From: an uncultured Erysipelotrichaceae bacterium
GTDB taxonomy: Bacteria; Bacillota_I; Bacilli_A; Erysipelotrichales; Erysipelotrichaceae
Reading direction: 5' to 3'
DNA: 32,000 nt
NCBI GenBank assembly: GCA_964401865.1
Contig: CAYNZZ010000001.1
Coordinates: 30,001 to 62,000 of the forward strand
Below the pieces are notes generated by a model, which was not told the origin of the DNA, did not search any database, and saw nothing but the letters and a program-made list of their open reading frames with translations. This document shows positions 18,337 to 26,214 of this stretch, piece after piece. Made by a program: the position numbers and the translations under genes. Numbering within the stretch: the first letter of the stretch is position 1; each line of letters starts with the position of its first letter.

Positions 18337-19470
18337 ATGCTTACAATAATCAAAGTTTTTGATGAAAAAGAATATTTAAATAATGTAATAACTCCTTTAT
18401 CTTTAAATGTTAAAAATATTATTTACATTTATCATCATAAACAAAGTAAAAATCGCTTAAATAACAATAAACTCGTACTTGAAAGATACGGAGATTTTAA
18501 TATTCATTACAAACAACTTGAGAATGATGAAAAAGAAATAGAAAGATATCTTAAAGAGTACGATGATGTGATAGTTGATGTTGGTTCAACTAAATATTTG
18601 TCGCTTATTTTATTTGAAAAAGCCCTTAAATATAATCATAAGATTATATATTATGATGGAGAAGAAAATGTAATCAAAGACTATCGGAGTCATAAAGTGA
18701 TAACGGATAAGGTCTTTTCTTTAACCATTGACGATTTACTCAGATTAAGCGGTGGTGTCATCAAAAATCATATGCACACACAACCCGATAGCAATGATAA
18801 AAAGACTAATGATTTAATAGTTGAAGTCGTCGAAAAATCGTTAGGTGATTATTCAAACTTCATTAGCTACATTCAAAAAGTAAATCATTCCATTATCAAA
18901 GATGAAAATGGATATCGTATTAAAGATGTAAATAAAATAATTACTGATAATCTCTATAAAAAGTATGAACCATATCATCTATTTGATATTAAGCACGATA
19001 AAATCACTTTTTTAAATAAAAGAATAGAAGATTTATTTAAAGTATCTGGTTCATGGCTAGAATCTTATATTTACTTAATATTAAAAAGAAGCGAAATATT
19101 TGAAGAAGTAATGATGAGCGTGATGATTGATTTTTCCGAGGACAAAGATAACAATTATCCGATTATGTGCGAAATCGATGGTATTGCAGTTAAGAATAAT
19201 CGGCTTTGCTTTATCAGTATTAAATCAAACAAGGTTGAAACTGACGCTTTAAATGAAATTAAAACTCATCAGGAGAGATTCGGCAACAGATTATCAAAAC
19301 CAATAATTTGCACTTTAGATAAATTGAGAGAAATGAATCCGAGTATTTATCTGAAGGCACATGGATTAAAGATAGGTATTATTGATTATGATCATATAAA
19401 ACAAAATGAAATCATTAGCACCATAAATAGCATTATTAACAATACATACAATTACATAAATCGTTTATAA
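18337..19470 (+). CDS. CARF-like Rossmann domain fused to a PD-(D/E)xK nuclease-like domain (Card1/Can2-like, DUF1887-type architecture). This is a putative call from motifs only.
   Basis: About 378 aa. The N-terminal alternating beta/alpha pattern includes DVIVDVGSTKYLSLILFEKA (compare the CARF D-x-TGGTK-x-M motif) and then KIIYYDG. The C-terminus reads GSWLESYIYLILKRS...MCEIDGIAVKNNRLCFISIKSNKVE, matching the remembered Card1/Can2 pattern G-WFE-YV ... NE-D-V ... N-L-FIECKT. The ATG lies 1 nt after the recR stop (the TTG at 18325 is an alternative start), and there is no SD. Confidence 0.5.
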   Translation: MLTIIKVFDEKEYLNNVITPLSLNVKNIIYIYHHKQSKNRLNNNKLVLERYGDFNIHYKQLENDEKEIERYLKEYDDVIVDVGSTKYLSLILFEKALKYNHKIIYYDGEENVIKDYRSHKVITDKVFSLTIDDLLRLSGGVIKNHMHTQPDSNDKKTNDLIVEVVEKSLGDYSNFISYIQKVNHSIIKDENGYRIKDVNKIITDNLYKKYEPYHLFDIKHDKITFLNKRIEDLFKVSGSWLESYIYLILKRSEIFEEVMMSVMIDFSEDKDNNYPIMCEIDGIAVKNNRLCFISIKSNKVETDALNEIKTHQERFGNRLSKPIICTLDKLREMNPSIYLKAHGLKIGIIDYDHIKQNEIISTINSIINNTYNYINRL

Positions 19471-19479
19471 TATAAGTGT

Positions 19480-20346
19480 ATGACAGCGATCGCTTACATA
19501 ACTGATTCAAAAATGTTAGAGAATCATCGTTTATTAAGAAATGATACGATGAATTTTTGGCGCTTATCTACTAATATAAATTTTAGTGATTTTAAAATCG
19601 GCGATTTAGTATTCTTTTTGAGCAAAGACAAAATACATCGCCGTCATGGAGAAAAAGGGATTATCGGTTTTGGACGATTAAAAGAGTTAAGGGTATACAG
19701 CCCAAACACGATGTGGAAGAAATACGGCAAGAACAACGGATATATTTCTAAGAAAGAATTTATCGGTGCTATCAACAAGGTTAGCAAAGATTCTAAGACC
19801 CCAAATAAAATATCTAGTTTGTATTTAACTGATGTAGTTTTCTTTCAAAATCCAATTTATTTAAGCGAATATGGAATGAATATTTCAAAACAGATAGAAA
19901 GTTATATTTACTTAAATGACATAAACATTCCTTTTAAAATTTTAGAATACGCTAAAAATGCCATTGATCCTTGGACAGTTGCTGATAATAGTGAAAAACT
20001 ATGCGAAAGAGAACAGATAAGGTTGTATTTAAATTATTTCTCAAGAAATATAAGTAAACTACCGCTTAGCGATAAAGCTAAAAATAATACTGTCAAGGCA
20101 CTAAAAAAGTATTCGATTGAACATCCGGAATATGAACTGGTTAATAGTGATGAGTTAAAACTTTATAAGATAAATGAAAACAAGCTTACTATCGTTTTTT
20201 ATAAAGAAAAAAACTTAGATGATAGGATTATTATTGGACAAGCTTATCTATATCGTTATTATTTTCTTAATCAATATCCATATGATATAGATATTGATTT
20301 TAAAGTTATTGGTGAAGAAGATTTGACTAGAATATTAAATGACTAA
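19480..20346 (+). CDS. Hypothetical protein with an N-terminal PUA-like (EVE/ASCH-type) domain and a C-terminal half of unknown function
   Basis: 288 aa. Residues 1-100 (AYITDSKMLENHRLLRNDTMNFWRLSTNINFSDFKIGDLVFFLSKDK...GIIGFGRLKEL.VYSPNTMWKKYGKNNGY.SKKEF) follow the remembered pattern A-ITD..W..FL......NFW.PS....F..L.PG.PF.FK......I.G.G.F......AW..FG..NG, which is found N-terminal to HNH nucleases. No nuclease motif was recognised here. Confidence 0.4.
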   Translation: MTAIAYITDSKMLENHRLLRNDTMNFWRLSTNINFSDFKIGDLVFFLSKDKIHRRHGEKGIIGFGRLKELRVYSPNTMWKKYGKNNGYISKKEFIGAINKVSKDSKTPNKISSLYLTDVVFFQNPIYLSEYGMNISKQIESYIYLNDINIPFKILEYAKNAIDPWTVADNSEKLCEREQIRLYLNYFSRNISKLPLSDKAKNNTVKALKKYSIEHPEYELVNSDELKLYKINENKLTIVFYKEKNLDDRIIIGQAYLYRYYFLNQYPYDIDIDFKVIGEEDLTRILND

Positions 20347-20368
20347 TCTGTTATAATGGATAAGTCAT

Positions 20369-20444
20369 TGGGATATAGCCAAGCGGTAAGGCAGCAGACT
20401 CTGAATCTGCCATCTCGTTGGTTCGAATCCAACTATCCCAGCCA
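20369..20444 (+). tRNA. tRNA-Gln (anticodon CUG)
   Basis: Cloverleaf as read:
- acceptor TGGGATA/TATCCCA
- D arm GCC-AAGCGGTAA-GGC
- anticodon stem GCAGA/TCTGC with loop CT-CTG-AA
- T arm GTTGG-TTCGAAT-CCAAC
- discriminator G and an encoded CCA

An extended -10 (TGtTATAAT, 20349-20357) lies 11 nt upstream. Confidence 0.9.
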
Positions 20445-20527
20445 TATGTAAATTTAGGCTGTTGCATACGTAACGGCTTTTATTTTATAAGGTATATTGA
20501 ATGTAGTAAAATGTAGATAGGTGTTTT

Positions 20528-21325
20528 ATGAAATTAAAAGACTATGTAAAGTATATTGATAATGAAGAAGAAAAGAATTTATTTAATCCGGATACAAGAT
20601 TAAAGATTTTTGTATCTCTGTTTGTTGATTTATTGGTACTGCTTACGGGAATTCCGATGTTATTTTTCGTTTTAAGTGAGATTGACATTATGAGAATGAA
20701 TATAAGCGGTATGGCGATTTATATAATTATCGCTATATCATATCTTGTCATAGCTTTTGTTTATAGTGTAATCAAGTTATTTAATTACTCATCTAATTCT
20801 TTGAAGTACAACCTAAATCATAAAATAAGAATTTTAATATATCTGATAGCTACATTATTATGCTTTGCGTCAATGACGTTTTATAATTTTAGATACGATA
20901 GGGCAGTCGAGATTTTTGAAGAACGATATACATTTAATCCATCGAATTACGGATTTACACTTTATGATGAAAACAATGATGACGAAAGTATTAATTATTA
21001 CGACGATGATTATAATGGCATTTATATCAATTATGAATATAGGGGATTAAACGACATTGTTGTTAATGGCATTTCGACAAATATAAACTTCAGTTATAGC
21101 GATGATGTAGACAAAATAATTTCTTATTTGAGTGATTTATTTGAAATGGATTTTAACATTTATAGAGATAAACTTAGCTCGATGATAAATGATTATAAAA
21201 AGGGTTATAGAGTTGAACCTATAGATTCGTATAATACAAATCATTCTTTTACAATAATCATCGGTGAAGCATATACAGATGGCAAAGATTTTAATTTATA
21301 CTGTTCTTACTATACATATGATTGA
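20528..21325 (+). CDS. Hypothetical membrane protein
   Basis: 265 aa with about 4 predicted hydrophobic helices in the N-terminal half, then a Tyr/Asp/Asn-rich soluble C-terminal half. No family was recognised. It ends with TGA. Confidence 0.6.
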   Translation: MKLKDYVKYIDNEEEKNLFNPDTRLKIFVSLFVDLLVLLTGIPMLFFVLSEIDIMRMNISGMAIYIIIAISYLVIAFVYSVIKLFNYSSNSLKYNLNHKIRILIYLIATLLCFASMTFYNFRYDRAVEIFEERYTFNPSNYGFTLYDENNDDESINYYDDDYNGIYINYEYRGLNDIVVNGISTNINFSYSDDVDKIISYLSDLFEMDFNIYRDKLSSMINDYKKGYRVEPIDSYNTNHSFTIIIGEAYTDGKDFNLYCSYYTYD

Positions 21326-21385
21326 GCTTAATAAAAAGCTGTATCTTGGTGTAAAATTAAAAATAATACGATTATAATATAGAGT

Positions 21386-21721
21386 ATGAAAAATAAATAT
21401 ATTTTATGTGGATTGAATTATGATTTGATCATTGATGAATACCCAAATTTAGAAGAGTATGAACAAGCGCTTATTTTCTATTTAGAAGATAGTTTTTTTG
21501 TTGAACTGAGACATTTTATAGAAACTGAAGATTATGCAATGGCTAAAGAAGCAACTAAAGGGCTGTATATTTTAGCCAGCAACCTAAAACTGTTTAATTT
21601 ATATATGGCCTTGATCGATATTTATGAAGATATTGAAAGCGACAACTTTAAAGCCTTGCCAAGTGATTATGAAAAAATGATCGAAATTCACTCTAAAATA
21701 AAAGGAGCATTTTTATGCTAG
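21386..21721 (+). CDS. Hypothetical small acidic helical protein
   Basis: 111 aa. Its stop overlaps the mnmG start by 7 nt. It shows only a weak by-eye resemblance to Hpt-type four-helix bundles, without the phospho-accepting His. Confidence 0.5.
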   Translation: MKNKYILCGLNYDLIIDEYPNLEEYEQALIFYLEDSFFVELRHFIETEDYAMAKEATKGLYILASNLKLFNLYMALIDIYEDIESDNFKALPSDYEKMIEIHSKIKGAFLC

Positions 21722-23583
21722 ATGCTATAGTAGTGGGAGCAGGTCATGCCGGAGTTGAAGCGGCACTGGCTTTAGCTCATACAGGCAAAAAAACTGCTTT
21801 GATTACTATAAATTTAGATCATATCGCCAAGATGCCGTGTAATCCGTCTATCGGTGGTCCGGCCAAGGGGATTGTGGTCAGAGAAATAGATGCTTTAGGT
21901 GGTATGATGCCAAAAGTAGCTGATAAAACTGCTTTACAATTTAAAATGTTGAACACAACTAAAGGACCGGGCGTCTGGTCATTGAGAGTTCAAAGCGACA
22001 AACTTGAATACTCGAAAATGATGAAAGATATTTGTTTAAATGCCAAAAATCTTGAAGTCATTGAAGACATTGTTGAAGAGGTTATTGTTGAAGATGGTAA
22101 GGTTAAAGGCACCAGATTATTGAATTATGGCGAGTTATTTGCAAAGACGGTTATTTTAACCACAGGAACATATATGGATAGCACCGTTATGATTTCAAAT
22201 AAGACAAAATCTGAAGGTCCAGACGGTGATGCTACAACTAAAAATTTAAGTGAGTCGTTAAGAAAGGCTGGTTTGAGATTATTCAGATTGAAGACCGGAA
22301 CTCCGCCAAGAGTTAAAACTGACAGTATAGATTTTTCCAAAACTAAATACGAACCGGGTACAGATGCTAAGCTTCAATTTAGTGAAGAAAGCGAAGACTT
22401 ATTACCATTTGATCAACAAAGCCCGTGTTATCTAACCTATACCAGTGAAGAAACCCTAAATATCATCAAAGATAATCTTAACCGTTCAAGTATGTATTCA
22501 GGAGTTGTAAAAGGGGTAGGTCCAAGATATTGCCCTTCAATTGAAGATAAAATTGTTCGTTTTAGCGATAAGCCGAGACATCAGATTTTTCTTGAACCTG
22601 AAAGCCTGTCATTAGATACAACTTATGTTCAGGGTTTTTCGACATCGATGCCTGAAGATATTCAAGAAAAAATGGTGCATAGTTTAATCGGTCTAGAGAA
22701 CGCTGAAATAGAAAAATATGCTTATGCCATTGAATATGATGCAATAGATCCACTGGAGGTTAAAGCTAACTTAGAGTGTAAAAATATTGAAAATCTTTTT
22801 ATTGCCGGTCAAATCCTAGGAACAAGCGGTTATGAAGAAGCGGCAGGATTAGGGCTTATGGCTGGTATCAATGCTAAATTGAAACTAGAAGGCGAAGAAC
22901 CGTTCATATTGCGTAGAGATGAGTCATATATTGGAGTGATGATTGACGATCTAATTACTAAAGGAACAAATGAGCCTTATCGTTTACTTACATCAAGAGC
23001 CGAATATCGTTTGTTACTAAGGCATGATAACGCCGATCAAAGACTAATTGATTACGGACATAAATACGGCTTAATCAGTGAAGAAAGATACCAAAAATAT
23101 ATAAACAAGATAGAAAAGTTGAATGAATTAAAGGATTTTTTGATAAATACGAAGCTAAGTAAAGGTAGTGGTATTCATGAATATTTATCTTCAATTGGCT
23201 ATGATGAAAAAGACGGTGGTTACAATGCTTTTGAAATCATAAAAAGACCACATGTTAAGGCTAAAGAAATTTTTAATTTATTAAAGGTCGAAGAAGATGA
23301 AAGTATTTTAGAACAACTAGAAATCGAAGTTAAATATGATGGCTACATCAATAAAGCTAAAAAAGAAGCCTACCGTATGCAAAAAATGGAAAAGATGCGT
23401 CTAGATGAAAATATCGACTATTTGCATATGGACAATTTGTCTTTGGAGGCTAGACAAAAATTGAATCAAATTAAGCCATTGACCCTTGGACAGGCTTCAA
23501 GGGTGTCGGGTATTAACCCAAGTGATTTGCAGGTTATTGCCATTTATGTAAAAAGTCATAGTAAAGAAGCAAAAGAATACTAA
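21715..23583 (+). CDS. mnmG: tRNA uridine 5-carboxymethylaminomethyl modification enzyme MnmG (GidA)
   Basis: 622 aa. Contains the FAD motif VVGAGHAGVEAALA, CNPSIGGPAKG, GPRYCPSIEDK, and LF.AGQI.GTSGYEEAA. Confidence 0.96.
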   Translation: MLDAIVVGAGHAGVEAALALAHTGKKTALITINLDHIAKMPCNPSIGGPAKGIVVREIDALGGMMPKVADKTALQFKMLNTTKGPGVWSLRVQSDKLEYSKMMKDICLNAKNLEVIEDIVEEVIVEDGKVKGTRLLNYGELFAKTVILTTGTYMDSTVMISNKTKSEGPDGDATTKNLSESLRKAGLRLFRLKTGTPPRVKTDSIDFSKTKYEPGTDAKLQFSEESEDLLPFDQQSPCYLTYTSEETLNIIKDNLNRSSMYSGVVKGVGPRYCPSIEDKIVRFSDKPRHQIFLEPESLSLDTTYVQGFSTSMPEDIQEKMVHSLIGLENAEIEKYAYAIEYDAIDPLEVKANLECKNIENLFIAGQILGTSGYEEAAGLGLMAGINAKLKLEGEEPFILRRDESYIGVMIDDLITKGTNEPYRLLTSRAEYRLLLRHDNADQRLIDYGHKYGLISEERYQKYINKIEKLNELKDFLINTKLSKGSGIHEYLSSIGYDEKDGGYNAFEIIKRPHVKAKEIFNLLKVEEDESILEQLEIEVKYDGYINKAKKEAYRMQKMEKMRLDENIDYLHMDNLSLEARQKLNQIKPLTLGQASRVSGINPSDLQVIAIYVKSHSKEAKEY

Positions 23584-23670
23584 AATAAGTAATCCTATAA
23601 CAAAGTTACTGCAAATAAAAACATCACTATTTATGGTATTATTACATTGGATGAATGAAAGGATAAAACA

Positions 23671-24576
23671 ATGAAATTAGATATTAAAAAAGAAGTTCAA
23701 GAAGCCCTTGCAAACAATCAACCGGTGGTTGCATTAGAATCTACAATTATTTCTCACGGTATGCCATATCCACAAAATGTTGAGATGGCTAAGACTTGTG
23801 AAAGCATTATCAGAGAGAATGGAGCAGTTCCTGCGACTATTGCTATTATTGATGGTGTGATTAAAATCGGTCTTGAGGAAGAAGATTTATTGAATTTAGC
23901 CACTGCTAAAAATGTTGCAAAAGTATCAAGAAGAGATTTAGCAAAAGTTGTCTCTAAAAAAGAGATGGGTGCAACAACGGTAGCCACAACAATGATTTGT
24001 GCAAATATGGCAGGAATTAAATTTTTCGTTACTGGTGGTATCGGCGGTGTTCATCGTGGATATGAAGAAACTCTAGATGTATCTGCTGACCTTGAAGAAT
24101 TGTCAATGACAAATGTCAATGTTATCTGTGCTGGTGCAAAATCAATTTTAGATTTGCCAAGAACACTTGAATATCTAGAGACAAAAGGTGTTCCGGTGGT
24201 TGGCTATCAAACTGATTATTTGCCTCAATTTTTTACTGCTGAATCGGAATATAAATTAAATCTTCGTTTAGATACACCAGAAGAAATCGCTGAAATGATT
24301 AAGGCTAAAGAAGATTTAAACCTAAAAGGTGCCGTACTGATCACTAACCCAATCCCAGCTGAATCGTCAATGGATAAAAAATATATCGATAAATTAATTG
24401 ATGAAGCAATCCAAGAAGCTGATAGAGAAGGTATTAAAGGTAAAGATGTAACACCTTACTTATTGGCGAAGATCGTCGAAGAAAGTGATGGTGCAAGCTT
24501 AAAAGCTAATATCGCTCTGGTTTATAACAACGCCAAACTTGGAGCTAAGATTGCATCTGCCTACTATAACAAATAG
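23671..24576 (+). CDS. psuG: Pseudouridine-5'-phosphate glycosidase
   Basis: 301 aa. Contains VVALESTIISHGMPYPQN, ATTVATTMI.A..AGI.FFVTGGIGGVHRG and DVSADL.EL, typical of the IndA/PsuG family. Confidence 0.9.
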   Translation: MKLDIKKEVQEALANNQPVVALESTIISHGMPYPQNVEMAKTCESIIRENGAVPATIAIIDGVIKIGLEEEDLLNLATAKNVAKVSRRDLAKVVSKKEMGATTVATTMICANMAGIKFFVTGGIGGVHRGYEETLDVSADLEELSMTNVNVICAGAKSILDLPRTLEYLETKGVPVVGYQTDYLPQFFTAESEYKLNLRLDTPEEIAEMIKAKEDLNLKGAVLITNPIPAESSMDKKYIDKLIDEAIQEADREGIKGKDVTPYLLAKIVEESDGASLKANIALVYNNAKLGAKIASAYYNK

Positions 24577-24589
24577 TCAAAGTTATTTT

Positions 24590-24625
24590 AATCTTAATGG
24601 AGTTGATATTCTGTTAAGATTTTTT
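24590..24625 (+). terminator. Possible Rho-independent terminator after psuG
   Basis: AATCTTAA ... TTAAGATT (8 bp, but with a large 16-nt loop) followed by TTTTT. Confidence 0.4.
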
Positions 24626-24717
24626 AATTGTGTTTTGGCGATAGAAAAAGATATGAATAAATCGACATATATTTACAATTGGTTATAATATATTAGTTGA
24701 TACATCAGAGGTTAGAA

Positions 24718-26214
24718 ATGAACAGTAGTAAATTAGATAGATTTTCGATTATAGTTGCTAAATACGCTTTTGCAGTATTTGTAATTTTATATGCTATTGC
24801 CAACATCTTTTTTACAGTTAGGCAATATAATGTCGGTGACAATAAAGCCAATTATTTGTTTGGTTTGACGCCAATAAATATCATATTGATAGTGCTCGGA
24901 TTGATTGCTCTTTGGTTATACTTTAGACAAACTAAATTTAAAATTAACAATAGATACTTTTTGATGGCGTTTCTTGCACTGTCTTTGTTAGTCGGCTTAT
25001 ATTGGATTTTCTCTAATCCCAGTGTTTTAGTCGAATATGACGATGCATATAATTGCTTTGAGGCGGCAAGCTACATCGCCAGAGGTGATTATGGTCCTTT
25101 AGGTTATAAAAGCTACATAAATACATATCCGCATAATCTAACTCTAGTTAGTTATTTTTTGATTTACACAAAATTATTTGGTGAAAACGCAACCACAGCT
25201 ATTCGCCTTGTCAACCTAGCGTTTGCGCTTGTTGGCTATCTATCGCTATATAAGATATGCGATGAATTGTTTAATAATGATAAAGCGAACACCATTTTAA
25301 TCATGCTAATGTTCATGTCGATGCAGTTGATCTTCTATTCCTTCTTTGTTTATGGCAACAATGCTTCGTATTCTACCGCTTTATTATCAGTATATTTGTT
25401 CATTTTGTTTTACAAAAAAGAAAAGATTAGATATTTGGCCTTGTCTTTTGTAGCGATTGTATTTTCGGTGGCAATAAAAAATAACAGTATGATTATTATT
25501 ATCGCCGAAATAATATATCTGTTTATCTACATCGTTGACCATAAAAAATGGACTTATAGTGGAGTGATTGTATTACTGGTTTTCAGTATTTTTATGTGTA
25601 CGACTGGTGTGGTTAAGTTTTGGGAAAAAAGAAGTGGTAACAATTATGATAATTCATTGCCTAAAATATGTTGGATTGCTTATGGATTGAATTATGATCA
25701 AAGACACCCTGGCGGATATACAAATGAATTTGAAGTATTCCATCATGAAAACGACTTTGTCAAAGAATTTACTGAAAAGCGAGCAATGGAATTCATTGAT
25801 GGTGTACTTCAAAGCTTTAAAGAAAGACCGATGCTTATACCTAGATTTTATGCACAGAAATTTTTAGTGTCATTTGCTAATCCGGAATATGAAACTTTTG
25901 CTCAATATGGAAGTTTAGATATTAAAGATTTTAATCAAGAAATAATAAGCGGCAGTATAAATGATGGTTTAAATGCTGTATGGGACGCTACTTCATCGTT
26001 GGTGGCAATAGGTTTGGTAGCATATTTAGTTAAACGCTTTAAAAAGATAGGATTATTAGAATTGATATGTGGAGTAATTGTGTTTGGTGGCTTTTTATTC
26101 CATATGTTTTGGGAAGTCAAAGCTATCTATACATATCAGTATTTTATGTATTTATTACCATACGCTGCGTATGGACTGATGTTGATTTTTAAAAAAGACA
26201 GTGAGGTTATTTAA
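24718..26214 (+). CDS. GT-C-fold membrane glycosyltransferase (ArnT/PMT-like, GT39/GT83-type), putative
   Basis: About 498 aa and polytopic. The first extracytoplasmic loop carries VEYDDAYNCFEAASYIARGDY, resembling the acidic D-E/D-D motif of ArnT/PMT-family enzymes. The ATG at 24718 (SD agagg) is preferred to the TTG at 24697. Confidence 0.6.
   Translation: MNSSKLDRFSIIVAKYAFAVFVILYAIANIFFTVRQYNVGDNKANYLFGLTPINIILIVLGLIALWLYFRQTKFKINNRYFLMAFLALSLLVGLYWIFSNPSVLVEYDDAYNCFEAASYIARGDYGPLGYKSYINTYPHNLTLVSYFLIYTKLFGENATTAIRLVNLAFALVGYLSLYKICDELFNNDKANTILIMLMFMSMQLIFYSFFVYGNNASYSTALLSVYLFILFYKKEKIRYLALSFVAIVFSVAIKNNSMIIIIAEIIYLFIYIVDHKKWTYSGVIVLLVFSIFMCTTGVVKFWEKRSGNNYDNSLPKICWIAYGLNYDQRHPGGYTNEFEVFHHENDFVKEFTEKRAMEFIDGVLQSFKERPMLIPRFYAQKFLVSFANPEYETFAQYGSLDIKDFNQEIISGSINDGLNAVWDATSSLVAIGLVAYLVKRFKKIGLLELICGVIVFGGFLFHMFWEVKAIYTYQYFMYLLPYAAYGLMLIFKKDSEVI

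Noticed and set aside
18337-20527. The recR-to-tRNA-Gln genes as a tRNA-targeted integrated island
   Set aside because: - No integrase is present.
- No duplicated copy of the tRNA 3' end (att-like direct repeat) was seen in the window.
- The AT-richness of these genes looks like that of their neighbours.
- The genes lie upstream of the tRNA and are translationally abutted to recR, unlike typical tRNA-3'-end insertions.
21323-21325. Possibility of Mollicutes genetic code 4 (TGA = Trp), given the AT-richness and the small SRP RNA
   Set aside because: All conserved genes are full-length under the standard code with Trp as TGG, and TGA terminates the ORF at 20528-21325. Code 11 fits.
24672-24689. 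TTTACA ... TATAAT as the promoter of the GT-C-like gene
   Set aside because: The spacer between the two hexamers is only 6 nt, so they cannot act as a -35/-10 pair. The TATAAT alone may still serve as a -10, but there is not enough support to annotate it.
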